Shown one piece after another: positions 13,959 to 28,824 of a DNA stretch of 64,000 nucleotides (position 1 is the stretch's first letter; each line of letters starts with the position of its first letter). The DNA comes from Octopus vulgaris (Eukaryota). The DNA lies in assembly GCA_951406725.2 (NCBI GenBank), contig OX597831.1, positions 52,762,001 to 52,826,000 on the forward strand, read 5' to 3'. A program made the position numbers and the translations under genes. The notes under the pieces were generated by a model. It was not told the DNA's origin and searched no databases. It saw nothing but the letters and a program-made list of their open reading frames with translations.

Positions 13959-15148
13959 CTAGCTGGTATGCCCGGTAATTCCTTGGGGTAAAGATGTTCT
14001 ATTGAAACATCTCATTACTCTGATATAAGAAAGCAATTTCGTTATAACTGCCACAAAAGGTATATTTTCCATCGCAAAAAAGTACAAAAACTGTCAGCTG
14101 GAGGAGGGAGAGATTGTTGGGGGTTGGCGAGAGAGATTTTTGGAGGTTGACGAAAAAGATTGTCAGAAGTTGGTGAGAGAGGTTGCTTGAAGTTGGCAAG
14201 AGGCAAAGACATTATTCTGCTATGCGAAAGCATCTGAGAAATGTATAACTGCTGTCATTCACAGAAAAAATAGTTTTACCATGAGAAAAGAACTGTTGAA
14301 GTATTAAGTGAAATTTGGCAATCGAGGATTGAATCCACGCTACGTCTGCATGAAGCCACAACAAATACTTTGTGGAATAAAAAATTTATCTACTGTCATG
14401 GAAAAAGTGTAACTGTAAAAATGCAGAATTATTGGAGTAATGGGCATTCAAAAAAGTATGTATGTATAGAAATGTATGAATGAAGTCTTTAAGGTTTAAG
14501 ATTCAAATTAAGGAAGTGCAATAATAATGTTTAGCATTTCAAAACTGTGAGTAGTGAAATGCAGAATTAGGTTGGCTGACTGTGAGAATCAAATATTGAT
14601 TGCTTTGCTAAAATCTGTTGGTGGTATGGGTTATTTCCCTTGAGTTGTTTAAATAAAATATTAGTAATATGTAGTAGATAGAAGGATCCATTGGAAGGGT
14701 CCTATTATCGATTTTTTTTTCAACAATCTAATTATGTCACAAGGTAGGTTTCCAAACATGAGTTCTACTCACATGTCAAAGTATAAAAGTGATACTCTCT
14801 GCAAAAATTAGAAATAGGACACACAAAAAAATTAATATTCAAAGTAATCGAACAGAAACAATGAAATGGGTTATTTCTCTTCAGTGTTTAATAAGAAATA
14901 TTGTACAGGTGCTATGGGTTATTTCACTTGGGTGTTTTAAAAAAAATTAGTTATATGATATAGATATAAATGTCCCTTCCAAGGGCTGTATTATCAATTT
15001 TTCAACAATCTAAGTATGTCATGAGGTTTCCAGACATGAGTTCTACTCACATGCTAAGTTTCATTAAAATCAATAAAATGATGTAGAAGGAGTTAGCTAA
15101 CACAATGCCACAAACAAACAAACACAAATTTTCTACATATGCAATAGA
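13959..15148 (-). mobile_element. Non-autonomous Helitron with internal degenerate repeats
   Basis: CTAG end with cccgg...gggg hairpin, TCTAT 5' end, and a thrice-repeated gggttatttc block. Confidence 0.6.
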
Positions 15149-16654
15149 TGTACCATGTATGTATGTGTGTCTGTGTATATGTGTGTATGTGTGTATGTAT
15201 GCGTGTATACAGATATGTATAAGTGTGTATGTGTGTATGTTAACCTATAAGTGGCTGAGTATTCCAAAAGATGTGTGCTCTTAATGTATGCTTAATCATC
15301 AGAGAGAAACAGTACAGCACAGCGTGTTACAAAACTGGACCTTTGAATTACAGGATGATCCATCTGAGAGGCTTCAACACAGTTTCCATATTTGCAATGT
15401 CACTTACAAGGCTTGGGCTGAGCTGAGGCTGTGGAAAATGATACATCCCCAAGATGTTAAGCTGTGGAAGTCAATCTGGGACTTTGTGATTGTGAAGCAA
15501 ACTTCTTAACAATTTGGCCATGCAGTGACAGCCCTGCATACACAAACACTCACACATAGGTACACGTACATGCATACATGCACACACATACACATACACA
15601 CACATAGACACATATATACATATGCATACACAAATACATACATACATGCATACACATACCCACATACATGCATGCACATACACTCACACATATATACACA
15701 TATACGTGTGTATATACATGCACACATACATACACATACACATACACACACATAGACACATATATACACATGCACACACAAATACATACATACATGCATA
15801 CACTTAACCACATACATGCATGCACATACACTCACACATATATACACACATACACACATACATGCACACATACATACACATACACATGCACATGCATACA
15901 CATGTACATATGTTTACATGCATACACATCACACATAAATACCTGTACACACACATATACACACATATGCACACATACACACACTTATACACATATGCAT
16001 ATACATGCTCACACACATACACACACACATGCACACATACAAACACACACACAGCCATCAATGCAAACCTTCGTTACCTACAAAACAACAAAAATAATAA
16101 ACAGAAAAGATGAAAACAACAACAAAAAATATTTTCAAAAACTTGTCAATGAAATCTTTTAAAATGCCATTAAAATCTAAAGGAAATGATGCAAATGAAA
16201 AAAATGATCCATAAAAAATAAATAAAATGATACACTCCAGCATGGCCACAGCCCAATAGTTGAAACTAGTAAGAAAGAAAAAATAAAGCAGGAGAAACAT
16301 AAAATATGCAAGATCAGCAGCAGGAGCAGCAGCAGGAGCAGCAGAGACACCAGAGAGCAACAACCTTTTAACAGCAGCAGCAACAGCAGCAGGGTCTTTT
16401 AACAGCAGCAATAGAAACAGTAGCACCATCCTCCTTTAAGAGCAGCAAACATCAACAGCATCGACAACAGCAGCATCAGCAGCAGCATCACCATCAGCAG
16501 CAGCAGCTGCAAACATTGATGTCTGCTGTGGTGATGATGATGATGCTGGCAATGAAAGGCAATTTATGGCATAATTATGGTTAATATCCTGGGAACCAAT
16601 GGTTGCTCAAACCATTGGTTCCAGGGATTGCTTTCACAAAATATTTTATGGCTA

Positions 16655-16678
16655 CTGTAGTAGTAGTAGTAGTAGTAA

Positions 16679-16719
<41 letters not shown>

Positions 16720-16981
16720 AAGGTGGTGGTGGTGGTGGTGGTGGTTTGGTGGTGGTGGTGTTGTTGGTGGCGGTGGCAGCGGCATCATCATCAGCAGCAG
16801 CAGTAGTAGTAGTAGTGGTGGTGGTGGTGGTGGTGGTGGTGGTGCTAGTGGTGGTGGGGGTGGGGGTGGTGCTAGTGCTGGTGGTGGTGGCGGCAGCGGC
16901 GGCGGCGAGAGCGGTGTAGTAGTAGTGGTGGTGGTGGTGGTGGCGGTGGCGGCAGCAGCAGCAGTAGTAGTAGTAGTAGTT

Positions 16982-17016
<35 letters not shown>

Positions 17017-17020
17017 CATT
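16655..17020. repeat. Compound trinucleotide microsatellite (TAG/TGG/CAG)n
   Basis: Direct inspection. Confidence 0.9.
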
Positions 17021-17936
17021 GTTGTTATCACTATTGTTGTTGTTCTTGTTAAGACTGTTGTTTATGTTGCTAATGCAGTTAAGATGGTAAGCTGGCAGAG
17101 TCGTTAGCAAGCCAGGCGAAGTGCTTAATGGCACTTCGCTTGTCCTTACATTCTGAGTTCAAATTGTGCCAAGGTCGATTTTGCCTTTCCATCCCTTTCA
17201 GGTTCAATAAAATAAGTACCAGTTGAGCGCTGGGGTCAAGGTAATCCACTTACCCCGCAACACCGAAATTGCTGGCCTTGTGCCAAAATTTGAAACCAAT
17301 ATTGCTAATGCAGTTGTTGTTGGCTTTGTTATTATTGCTATTGTTGTTGTTGCTATTGTTATTGTTCTTGCTATTATTACTATTATTGCTGTTGCTAATA
17401 TTACAATGATTATTGTCATTACTAATGTTGTTACCATTGGAAAAGCTGTTGCTACTGCTGTTGTTGTTGTTGTTACTGTTGCTAATTCTGTTTTCACTAT
17501 AGATACAGTTGTTGTTGTTGCTGTTGGTGGTGGTGATGGTGATGGTGTTACTCCTACTAATATTGTCATTACTATTGCCATTGTTGTTATTATTCTTGCT
17601 ATTGTTATTGTTACTCTTGCCATTGTTGTTGTTACTATTGCTACAGCTGTGATCAGAGGCAGGCTAAGAGTATTAAGGGCCCTCGGACATAACTGTTTAC
17701 CAGCTCCCTTTCAATGTGTGTTTTAGTAGAGTTAACATGTAGAGTGTGTTGATGCTACCATGACTACTGTTGTTGTTATTACTATTGCTATTGTTACTAT
17801 TCTACTATTCTTGTTGTTGTTGTTATTACTATTGCTACTATTGTTACTGTTGTCATCACCATTGCTAATGTTGTTACCATTGATAATGCTGTTGCTATTG
17901 CTTATTTTGTTTTTAGTATTACTACTGCCATTACTG

Positions 17937-18185
17937 TGGAGGTGCATGGCTTAGTGGTTAGGGTGTCAGTATCATGATGGTAAGATTGTGGTTTCGATTC
18001 CTGGACTGAGGCAACGCATTTTGTCCATGAGCAAAACACTTCATTTCATGTTGCTCCAGTCCACTCAGCTGGCAAAAATGAGTAACGCTGCAATGGACTG
18101 ACGTCCCGTCCAGCTGGGGAACATATACACCATTGAGAACCAGGAAACCGGGCCCATGAGCCTGGCTAGGATTTAAAAGGGCGCA
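17937..18185 (+). mobile_element. tRNA-derived SINE family C (related copies about 2386-2690 and 29984-30313(-))
   Basis: tggcttagtggttagg A box, ggtttcgattcc B box and a shared ttgctccagtccactcagctggcaaaaatgag body. Confidence 0.75.
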
Positions 18186-18259
18186 TTTATTATTTTATTA
18201 CTGCCATTACTATTGCAAATGTTCCAGTTGCTAAGGTTACTGATATTACAGTTTCTACA

Positions 18260-19850
18260 GCTTGTTACTATTGCTACTCTTGTTGTTCCTATTGCCAACA
18301 TTCTTGTTGTTACTATTGCTACTCTTGTTGTTACTATTGCTATTCTTGTTGTTCTTATTGCCAATATTCTTGTTGTTCTTATTGCCAATATTCTTGTTGT
18401 TACTATTGCTATTCTCGTTGTTACTATTGCCAACATTCTTGTTGTTACTATTGCTACTCTTGTTGTTCCTATTGTCAACATTCTTGTTGTTACTATTGCT
18501 ACTCTTGTTGTTACTATTGCTACTCTTGTTGTTCCTATTGCCAATATTCTTGTTGTTACTATTGCTATTCTCATTGTTACTATTGCCAACATTCTTGTTG
18601 TTACTATTGCTACTCTTGTTGTTCCTATTGCCAACATTCTCATTGTTACTATTGCTACTCTTGTTGTTACTATTGCCAACATTCTTGTTGTTACTATTGC
18701 TACTCTTGTTGTTACTATTGTTACTCTTGTTGTTCCTATTGCCAACATTCTTGTTGTTACTATTGCTACTCTTGTTGTTACTATTGCTACTCTTATTGTT
18801 ACTATTGCTACTCTTGTTGTTACTATTGCCAACATTCTTATTGTTACTATTGCTACTCTTGTTGTTACTATTGCCAACATTCTTATTGTTACTATTGCTA
18901 CTCTTGTTGTTACTATTGCCAACATTCTTATTGTTACTATTGCTACTCTTGGTGTTCCTATTGCTAATATTCTTGTTGTTACTATTGTTACTCTTGTTGT
19001 TCCTATTGCCAACATTCTTGTTGTTACTGTTGCTACTCTTGGTGTTCCTATTGCCAATATTCTTGTTGTTACTATTGCTACTCTTGTTGTTACTATTGTT
19101 ACTCTTGTTGTTCCTATTGCCAACATTCTTGTTGTTACTGTTGCTACTCTTGGTGTTCCTATTGCCAATATTCTTGTTGTTACTATTGTTACTCTTGTTG
19201 TTCCTATTGCCAACATTCTTGTTGTTACTATTGCTACTCTTGTTGTTACTATTGCTACTCTTGTTGTTACTATTGTTACTCTTGTTGTTCCTATTGCCAA
19301 CATTCTTGTTGTTACTGTTGCTACTCTTGGTGTTCCTATTGCCAATATTCTTGTTGTTACTGTTGCTACTCTTGTTGTTACTATTGCCAACATTCTTGTT
19401 GTTACTATTGCTACTCTTGGTGTTCCTATTGCCAATATTCTTGTTGTTACTATTGTTACTCTTGTTGTTCCTATTGCCAACATTCTTGTTGTTACTGTTG
19501 CTACTCTTGGTGTTCCTATTGCCAATATTCTTGTTGTTACTGTTGCTACTCTTGTTGTTACTATTGCCAACATTCTTGTTGTTACTATTGCTACTCTTGT
19601 TGTTACTATTGCTACTCTTGTTGTTACTATTGTTACTCTTGTTGTTCCTATTGCCAACATTCTTGTTGTTACTGTTGCTACTCTTGGTGTTCCTATTGCC
19701 AATATTCTTGTTGTTACTATTGCTACTCTTGTTGTTACTATTGCCAATATTCTTGTTGCTACTATTGCCAACATTCTTGTTGTTACTATTGCTACTCTTG
19801 TTGTTACCATTGCTACTGTTGTTGCTATTGCTAATATTCTTGTTGTTCCT
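18260..19850. repeat. 1.6-kb minisatellite of 21- and 24-nt units
   Basis: ttgttgttactattgctactc (21 nt) and ttgttgttcctattgccaacattc (24 nt) variants. Confidence 0.95.
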
Positions 19851-20221
19851 ATTGCTACAGCTATTGTTGTAATTGCAACTATTGTTGCCTCTGCAGTTGC
19901 TTATGCAGCTGCTATAACTACTGCTGTTGCCATAGTTGCAGTTGTTGCTGCTGCTACTGCTGCTACTACTGCTGCTCATGTTGTTGCTTATGTTGTGTCA
20001 TTATTTACATTGTCTAAGACAGCAAGCTGGCAGAATTGTTAGCATGCCAGACAAAATACTTTGCGGCATTCTGAGTTCAAATTCCACCAAGATCAGCTTT
20101 ACATTTCATCCTTTCAGGGTCGATAAATTAAGTTCTAGTGAAACACTGGGGTTGATGCAATCGACTAATCCCGTCCCCAAAAATTTCATGCCTTGTGCCT
20201 TTAGTAGAAAGGATTACTTAC

Positions 20222-20336
20222 GATGCCTCAGGTCCTCTTGTTCGTTGTGAAGTCTGCTACAGAGTGTACCAGGATATAGAAGATGGCAAATCTGATGATC
20301 TTGGTCAGTGGGAGGTGTATAGAGAAGGTCAACTGG
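20222..20336 (-). CDS. CCDC177/185-like gene, coding exon 2 (PVDLLYTPPTDQDHQICHLLYPGTLCSRLHNEQEDLRH)
   Basis: Acceptor ctctttcag and donor gtaagt. 115 nt, phase 0/1. Continues the VK|PV.LL motif from exon 1. Confidence 0.88.
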
Positions 20337-20559
20337 CTGAAAGAGGTGAGAGAGAGTTAGGTGTTTTATGACATATGATGCTGGTTAATGAGGATGGCAG
20401 TGTGGTTAGGGCAAAACAGCGGGTCACATTTCCTGATGTATCCTTTTGTACTTAAGGTGGGAGGGTGTGGATTTAGAAGGAAATTTGGCTACTGTTTCTA
20501 GCCAGTTGAATAATCACACTAGCATCGTAATTTACTTGCTTGTCTGTCACAGGGCAAAA

Positions 20560-20829
20560 CAGTGTTTCTCAGCCATTCTTTTACCTATGGATCCCTTTGA
20601 TTCCTATTTTACACAGATGGACACACACCCCCCCCACTAGCCATTCAATGTTTAATAAAATGCTATAAAATATTTTCATAATTAAATATTATTAGGAATT
20701 GTATTTTTAAAAATTGTTAAATTATTTTGTGTATTGTACACGTATAAGCAATTTATCGCAGACAAATTTTAACAGCAAAATCTTATATGGACCCCCAAGG
20801 GCCATATGGAACCTGGTTGAGAATCACTG
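20560..20829. mobile_element. hAT-type MITE (related decayed copies near 47190-47538 and 1020-1897)
   Basis: CAGTGTTTCTCA...TGAGAATCACTG termini and a shared internal tatggacccc motif. Confidence 0.6.
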
Positions 20830-20885
20830 GGGTTAAAGCATTGAACTACCATCTCAACTCACAGTTTATAGGCACGAGGCAGCAG

Positions 20886-21128
20886 CAGTGGTGAGGTGGT
20901 GGGCAGTGGTGAGGGTGGTTGGCAGTAGTGAGGGTGGTGGTGAGGGTAGTGGGCGGTGGTGGGCAGTGGTGAGGGTGGTGGGCAGTGGTGAGATGGTGGG
21001 CAGTGACGGGGTGGTGGGCAGTGGTGAGATGGTGGGCAGTGATGAGGTGGTGGGCGGTGGTCAGGGTGGTGGGCGGTGATCAGGGTGGTGGTGGTAGTGG
21101 TGGTGAGGGTGGTGGCGGTAGTGGTGGT
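20886..21128. repeat. G-rich minisatellite (gggcagtggtgagggtggt-like)
   Basis: Direct inspection. Confidence 0.8.
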
Positions 21129-21182
21129 TTTTAAACAGCAGATAGCAGCAATGACAACCACAGAATCTGTTGCAACAAATTA

Positions 21183-21536
<354 letters not shown>

Positions 21537-21747
21537 TTAGAGATGACAGGTGAGATGTTTTGATAGTGATGTAAAGTGTTTGTTGATAGAAGTGGCTGTG
21601 TGGTAAGTAGCTTGCTTACCAATCACATGGTTCCGGGTTCAGTCCCACTGTGTGGCACCTTGGGCAAGTGTCTTCTACTATAGCCTCAGGCTGACCAAAG
21701 CCTTGTGAGTGGATTTGGTAGACAGAAACTGAAAGAAGCCTGTCGTG

Positions 21748-21795
<48 letters not shown>

Positions 21796-22574
21796 TGTAG
21801 AAAAATACAAACTGGGACAAGTATGTGTGTGTATATATGTTTGTGTGTCTGTGTTTGTTCCCCCAACATCGCTTGACAACCGATGCTGTAACTTAGTGGT
21901 TTGGCAAAAGAGACCGATAGAATAAGTACTAGGCTTACTAATAATAAGTCCTGGGTCGATTTGCTCGACTTAAGGCAGTGCTCCAGCATGACCACAGACA
22001 CATGACTGAAACAAGTAAAAGAATAACAGAGAGTTTTGGTGTTGATAATGATAGTTCGATGATGACAGCAATAAGGTGGTGTTTGATAATTATGGTCTAA
22101 TCCTTTTGTTGCTGTATTTCTTTTAAAATACACTACCTTTGTTTTCATTGACTTTGAAAATAATGACAAAGAATTTAGTAAAAACAACTTTGCCATTGTT
22201 AAGTTGGTGTTTAAGGCAGTGAGCTGACAGAATTGTTGCTACACTGGTCAAAATGTGTTGCAGCATTTCGTCTGACTTTATATTCCGAGTTCAAATTCCC
22301 CTGAGATTGATTTTGCTTTTCATTCTTTGGGGTTGATAAAATAAGAACCAGTGGAATAATGGGCAGGGGGTCAATGTAAACAATTTATACCTTCACCCAA
22401 AACTGCTGGCCTCGCGCCAAAATTTGAAACCATTCTTAAGTTGGTGTTTGAAACATAAATTAACATAAAATTTTGAAGGAAGTTTTTTTTTTTTAATTTG
22501 GATCACTTTAAAACATTATTTTCGTATCAAGGAACCAGAGCCAATCTCAGGCAGTTTGGTAACTGAAAGGTTAA

Positions 22575-22962
22575 TGATGACACAGAGAATATTGATTATG
22601 ACAAAGAGTTAGGTGCTGACAGAGAGTTTGAGGATGATGGTGACAGTTTGATGATGAGATAGATTTGTGATGACATGAAGTTTAGGGTTTAGTGATGACA
22701 GAGAGAGTTTGCAGAAGGCCATGTGTTAGGTGATCACAGAAATTTTGGTGATGACATGAATGGTTTGATGATGACAGAATCTTGTGACGACAAAGAGTTT
22801 AGTGATGACAGTAATAACTTGGTGGTTACAATGATAGCTTACTGATGATAGTTGTGGTTTATTGATGACAGAGAGAATTTTGGTGATGACAGAGATAGTT
22901 TTGTGATGACAAAGAATCTGGTGATGACAAAGAGTTTGGTGATGACAGAGACTTTGGTGATG
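22575..22962. repeat. Degenerate repeat of about 20 bp (gtgatgacagagagttt)
   Basis: Direct inspection. Confidence 0.7.
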
Positions 22963-24809
22963 TATAAACAAGGTATAAATATCATATATGTATGCATATA
23001 TACTATATTTACAAATTGATTCATCATCATCATCATCATTGCTTAATGTCTGCCTTCCATGCTGGCATGGGTTGGATGGTTTGGCAGGAGCCAGCCAGGC
23101 AGAAGACTACACCAGGTTTCTGTGTCTGTTTCGGCATGGTTTTTATAGCTGAATGCCCTTCCTAACACCAACCACCCTGTAGAGTGGACTGAGTGCTTTT
23201 TTATGTGGCACCAGCACAGGCGAGGTCAGATTAGGCATGGTTTTTACAGCTGGATGTTCTTCTAACTGCCAACCACTTTACTGAGTGGACTGAATGCTTT
23301 TGCATGACATCAGCACCGGCAGGGTCACCAAGTAACTTGCAAGACAAGGAATCTTTGAGACAGAAGAAAGCACTGTGTCAGATGATGAAAGGTTTAGAGT
23401 GTGACAGAGAGACAGAGGGGCAGAACCAGGTGATTTGCTATAGAGAAAGTACATGATTACTGTTAAGGCCAATTAAAAACAGATTTTTAGTTTTATTTAC
23501 AAGGAATAACTACTCCAGTAGTGTAACATTTTAAAATATCATCAAATGTGTATATTCCAATATTTGATTAAGAAATAGCGATTTATATCTTAAAGGACCT
23601 CAATTAAAACACAATGATATCTATTATTATGTATGCAATCTAAAATTGAGCAATATAGTGTAGTGGGGCTCTGAAAGGGGTCTTAGGGAGTAGCATCCCT
23701 GCCTTCCTGAGTTAGTTTTCCACCACATTTCTTAAAAAATCATGGAAGAGGCCTTGGTCTTGGGACCACTTATATCTAGAAATTGAGGTTGGGGGTAAGC
23801 AAGGGCATGCTCCCCGTAGAAAATCCAGCTCCAAAAAAGCCTCATGATAGCAAAGGAGAATGGGCACCAGCTAGGCCAAAGGTTGGGGTGGGCTGCACTT
23901 GCCTACTTCAGTTGCTATGGCATTGAGGTAGATTTGGCCACCCCCATAAACAGGGACAAAACCCGGATTTAAAACACTGGATGACAACGACGACACAGAA
24001 TGTGAGGGGTGATTTGGAATATTATTTGGGGCCATAACATTTCATTTACAATTCATGACCAAGAGTTTACTTATAGTCAATTGGCTGAAAAAAGAGGGAC
24101 TGAACCAAACCTGACAGACAAGCAAGCGAATGACAATGCTAGTGTGATTATTCAACTGGCTAGAAACAGTAGCCAAATTTCCTTCTAAATCCACACCCTC
24201 CCACCTTAAATACAAAAGGATGCATCAGGAAATGCGACCCACAGCATACTATTTCTGAAAAATAAACATGGTCATGGCTTGAATGCCCTTTGTATATATT
24301 TAGGTCTTGACAACATTTGACATTCTACATGAATAACAAAACAACATTCCAAGCTCCATATATTAAAAAGACAGTAGTATCTCACAGTGTATGGTTTAAA
24401 ACTTGGATTTAAAATATAGGAACACATATTTTTATTGTCTCTATGGTCAAGAATAGGCATAGGTAACCTTTTTCAAGAAACAAGTCATATGAGACATGGC
24501 ACATTATCAGGTGAGCTGCACAACAGAGGAGGAGGAGGAGGAGGAGGAGGAGGAGGAGGAGGAGGATTGAGTGGTTTCTATTTAGAAGATTCACACAATT
24601 AAAGTGGACAACGGTTTAAAAAAATTATCTTTAATCTTCCTGCAGAGACATATACAGTGATCCCCAGTTTATCGCAGTAGATTGGTTCCGAGACCAACCA
24701 CGATAATTGAATTTCCGCGAAGTAAGGACACCATATTTACAGTATTTATTTAACGTGTATTTGGACTTTTAAAACCCTCCCTGTACTGTTAACAACCCAT
24801 CCATTACAG

Positions 24810-25395
24810 AAGTCCTAACGGTCACTAAACTCTGCTTGCGAAGACCTGTTGAGGCAAGTGAAATCGAAATCAAAATCAAAATCAATTCGATGACTGGCAT
24901 CCGTGCTAGCGGGATGCAAAGAGCACCATACGTGTGTGATCGTTAACAGAGCAGCTATTCGAGTATGATCGTTACCAGCGTCGCCTTACTGGCACTTATG
25001 CCTGTGCTAGTAGGGTTCCAAGAGCACCATCCGAGCGTGATCGTTGCCAGAGCAGCCAATTGGCTTCTGTACCCATGGTACGTAAAAGGGCACCATTCAA
25101 GCGTGATCCTTACCAACGTCGCTTCACTGGCACCTGTGCCAGTGGTATGTGTTAAAAGACTTGAGCAAGATAATTGCCAGTACCGCCTGACTGGCCCCCA
25201 TGCAGGTGGCACATAAAAAGCACCCACTACACTCTCAGAGTGGTTGGCGTTAGGAAGGGCATCCAACTGTAGAAACTCTGCCAGATCAAGACTGGAGCCT
25301 GGTGCAGCCATCTGGCTCGCCGGCCCTCAGTCAAAATCGTCCAACCCATGCTAGCATGGAAAGCAGACGTTAAACGATGATGAGGATGATGATGA
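24810..25395 (+). mobile_element. RTE-LINE 3' end or derived non-autonomous element with (GAT)n tail (copies about 52390-52915(-), 57210-57490, 2725-3130(-), 23020-23460(-), 62115-62620(-))
   Basis: Recurrent tggttggcgttaggaagggcatcc...ccaacccatgctagcatggaaa...gacgttaaacgatgatgat terminus. Confidence 0.75.
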
Positions 25396-25599
25396 TACAT
25401 ATATGTTGATGTTAGAAAGGGTATCCAGCTGTAAAAAACCCAGTCAAAACAGTCACAGAAGTCTAGTGCAAGCTTCTACCTGACCAGCTCCTGTCAAACC
25501 ATCCATATTAATATATAAATCCTATTAACTACAATCCTTCATATACATACATGAAAACACAGACAGACACACACACACGCACGCGCACACGCACGCACA

Positions 25600-25638
<39 letters not shown>

Positions 25639-25689
25639 GCATACACATACACACGCACACGCACACACATACACGCACGCACACACATG

Positions 25690-25759
<70 letters not shown>

Positions 25760-25889
25760 CTAGTCTTCAGGTCGTATATGGGTATGATTTATATGTAAGA
25801 ATTTATCTATGGCTAGAATAAGTTCTTAATCCTTCCTTATCAAAAGGCATTCATATACGTTCATACGTACACTTTTAAACTATAAATAC

Positions 25890-25938
<49 letters not shown>

Positions 25939-26589
25939 TGATTGCTTTGTTTACTTTGTCTGTGAAGAATATATTAATATATTAAGAATTTACCACATAG
26001 CTTATTCAGTACATGAACCCAACCTGTCAACTTTGCTATTCAAATCCAATTATTTTTTGTCAGCTTTTTTTTTTTTGTTTTACTTATGTAAATTACCTTT
26101 GACCAAGAATATGCTGAAATATTTTGGTCTGTGTGAAATTGCTTATTGCTGCTCAGAGGTGAAAATGCTATACTGGGATAAAACTGTGACGATTCAAATA
26201 CAATAAATGTGTGTGTGTGTGCGTGTGTGCGTGTGTTTGAGCATGTATGTAGGTGTATGTATGTATATATATATATATATATATACATATATATATAGAT
26301 AGAGATAGATATCTGGGGGTATGTATATATATATATATATATATCTATATATATATATATGTATGTATGCATGTATATATATATAGATAGATGGATAGAC
26401 AGATAGATACATACATACATTCTTACATACATACATATATACATGCATCCATACATATATGTGTGTATACATACATACATACACATATATATTCATGAAC
26501 TTATATTAAGGGCAAGCGAGTAAGTACACAGGCTATAACAAATACATTTATGTATATATATATTTATGTGTGTGTGTATATACATATGC

Positions 26590-26638
<49 letters not shown>

Positions 26639-26700
26639 TACATGCATTTACATACATATATGCATATGAATACAAATATATACACATGTATGTATGGATA

Positions 26701-26732
<32 letters not shown>

Positions 26733-26956
26733 CATACATACATACATGCATAAAACACACACACATATACATACACATATACACACACATACACACACAC
26801 ATATATACATACACATACACACGCATATACACACAGCCACATAAATACACACAAATATGCATATGAGTATATTTTAGTATATGCATATAATTAAAAGGTA
26901 GGTGCTTGGATGTATAAAGAGCAATTTATATTATATCTAATTATCACGAACCTTAC

Positions 26957-27115
26957 CTTAATCTGCACAACAGCTGTAGAAGCAAACAGATGCTGTATCA
27001 GGTCATCGTCCAACAACGTTGCTTAGGTTTTAATTCGTTTTATTCAGTTTGTCTGGGACCATTCGACCTGAATAAAGTGACATTTGCAGGGAGTAAATGT
27101 GTTGCTAAGGTAAAC
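26957..27115 (-). promoter_or_regulatory. Candidate 5' UTR exon and promoter of the CCDC177-like gene, with X-box-like motifs
   Basis: Strong donor AAG|gtaagg at 26957/26956. In-frame stop with no ATG, so non-coding. GTTGCTAAGGTAAAC at 27101-27115 and half-site GTTGCTTAGG at 27018-27027 lie in unique sequence. Confidence 0.4.
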
Positions 27116-27425
27116 ACTACTGAATCAGGTCAATAATTGGTAAGGGGGGGGCAATTCTTATGGGGAGATAACTCACATAGTCTTTTTTAAAAATAAGTAT
27201 TGATTTGTTTACCATAAGTGATTGAGTGACAACTTTAAACAGATTCATTTTAAACTCCGTGACCATACTGTCGTTTATGATGCTTAATGTGTCTAGAATT
27301 AAAGCATTCAATGCATATTTCTCTTTGGCGGAATTCTGGTTTAAGCACCCTACATAACCACTCATAACTTTTTTTTTTATTTACAAGTTCCAGAAAAATT
27401 TTGCGAATATACATTCGCTCTACAC

Positions 27426-27626
27426 CAGTGGTTTTCAACCAGGGTTCCGCCAGTACAGTCTAGGGGTTCCGCAAGAAGTTACAAAACTGCTAAAATCGGC
27501 AGTAATTTTTAATTCTCCTGTACAGATATGTGTGCATAAGACTATTAAATTATTGCACAGGGGTTCCTCGAGCCAGTGGAATGTTTCCTAGGGGTTCCGC
27601 TCCAGCAAAAAGTTTGAAAAGCACTG
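27426..27626. mobile_element. hAT-type MITE
   Basis: TIRs CAGTGGTTTTCAA / TTGAAAAGCACTG and a perfect 8-bp TSD CTCTACAC (27418-25, 27627-34). Confidence 0.85.
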
Positions 27627-28763
27627 CTCTACACACAGGAATTCATACGATTATGAATTTTTTTTAATACCCTACTTCCTCATAAATCATAAAATTTCCA
27701 TTCTTTTTCGAATTCTATTTTTAAATCACTGTTTAAAAACGGGCAGTCTAAATTTTTTGCTTAAAACCAGCAATGGCCCACTGTTAGATGCATCATCATT
27801 CCATTAAATGTGTTTATGAGAAGAAAAATATTGAAAACCATCAAGGCGCAGGAGTGGCTGTGTGGTAAGTAGCTTGCTAACCAACTACATGGTTCCGGGT
27901 TCAATCCCACTGCGTGGCATCTTGGGCAAGTGTCTTCTACTATAGCCCCGGGCCGACCAATGCCTTGTGAGTGGATTTGGTAGACGGAAACTGAAAGAAG
28001 CCCGTCGTATATATGTATATATATATGTGTTTATGTGTTTGTGTGTCTGTGTTTGTCCCCCCCCCAACATCGCTTGACAACCGATGCTGGTGTGTTTACG
28101 TCCCCGTTACTTAGCGGTTCGGCAAAAGAGACCGATAGAATAAGTACTGGGCTTACAAAGAATAAGTCCCAGGGTCGAATTGCTCGACTAAAGGCGGTGC
28201 TCCAGCATGGCCGCAGTCAAATGACTGAAACAAGTAAAAGAGTAAAGAGTAAATACATGTCAGTAACAAAGACACGAGGAAAGTATCAGGGAGTCGTGAG
28301 ATGCGCTAAAAACAACCCCTAAATCGCCCTTAAATCACACACACAATTTTCTTTTCCTTTATTTTTTTATAATTGTATGAATTCCTGTGTAGAATGCAAA
28401 TACGCAAAAATTTTCCGTAAACAAGACCTGGGCCTAGAGTAGGAGACGCTTGTCCAAGGTGCCTTTTAACCAATAGTCTGATCAACATTTGGAATCAGTA
28501 ATGCCCTTTTACTTGTTTCAGTCATTTGACTGCGGCCATACTGGAACACCGCTTTCAGCCGAACAAATCGAACCTAGGACATTCTTTTGTAAGCCTAGTA
28601 CTTATTCTGTCAGGTCTAAGTTGCGGGGATGTAAACACACCAACACCGGTTGTCAAGTGATGGCTTACTCCCCTTAATTTTCATTTACTTTTTAGTATCC
28701 CTAAACTGAACAATTTTTTATTTTTACTTTCGTTTGATTTTACCATATTACTAAGTTTAAATA

Positions 28764-28824
<61 letters not shown>

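Noticed and set aside
18260-19850. CRISPR-like array or repetitive structural protein gene
   Set aside because: The units are contiguous with no unique spacers, there are no cas genes and the context is eukaryotic. Open frames follow from unit lengths divisible by three.
27117-27365. 82-aa minus-strand ORF as an N-terminal exon of the CCDC177-like gene
   Set aside because: No recognisable motif, and it overlaps the presumed promoter. It cannot be supported without RNA data.
27845-27920. tRNA genes at SINE heads
   Set aside because: A and B boxes are present but run straight into SINE bodies, and I found no convincing cloverleaf.
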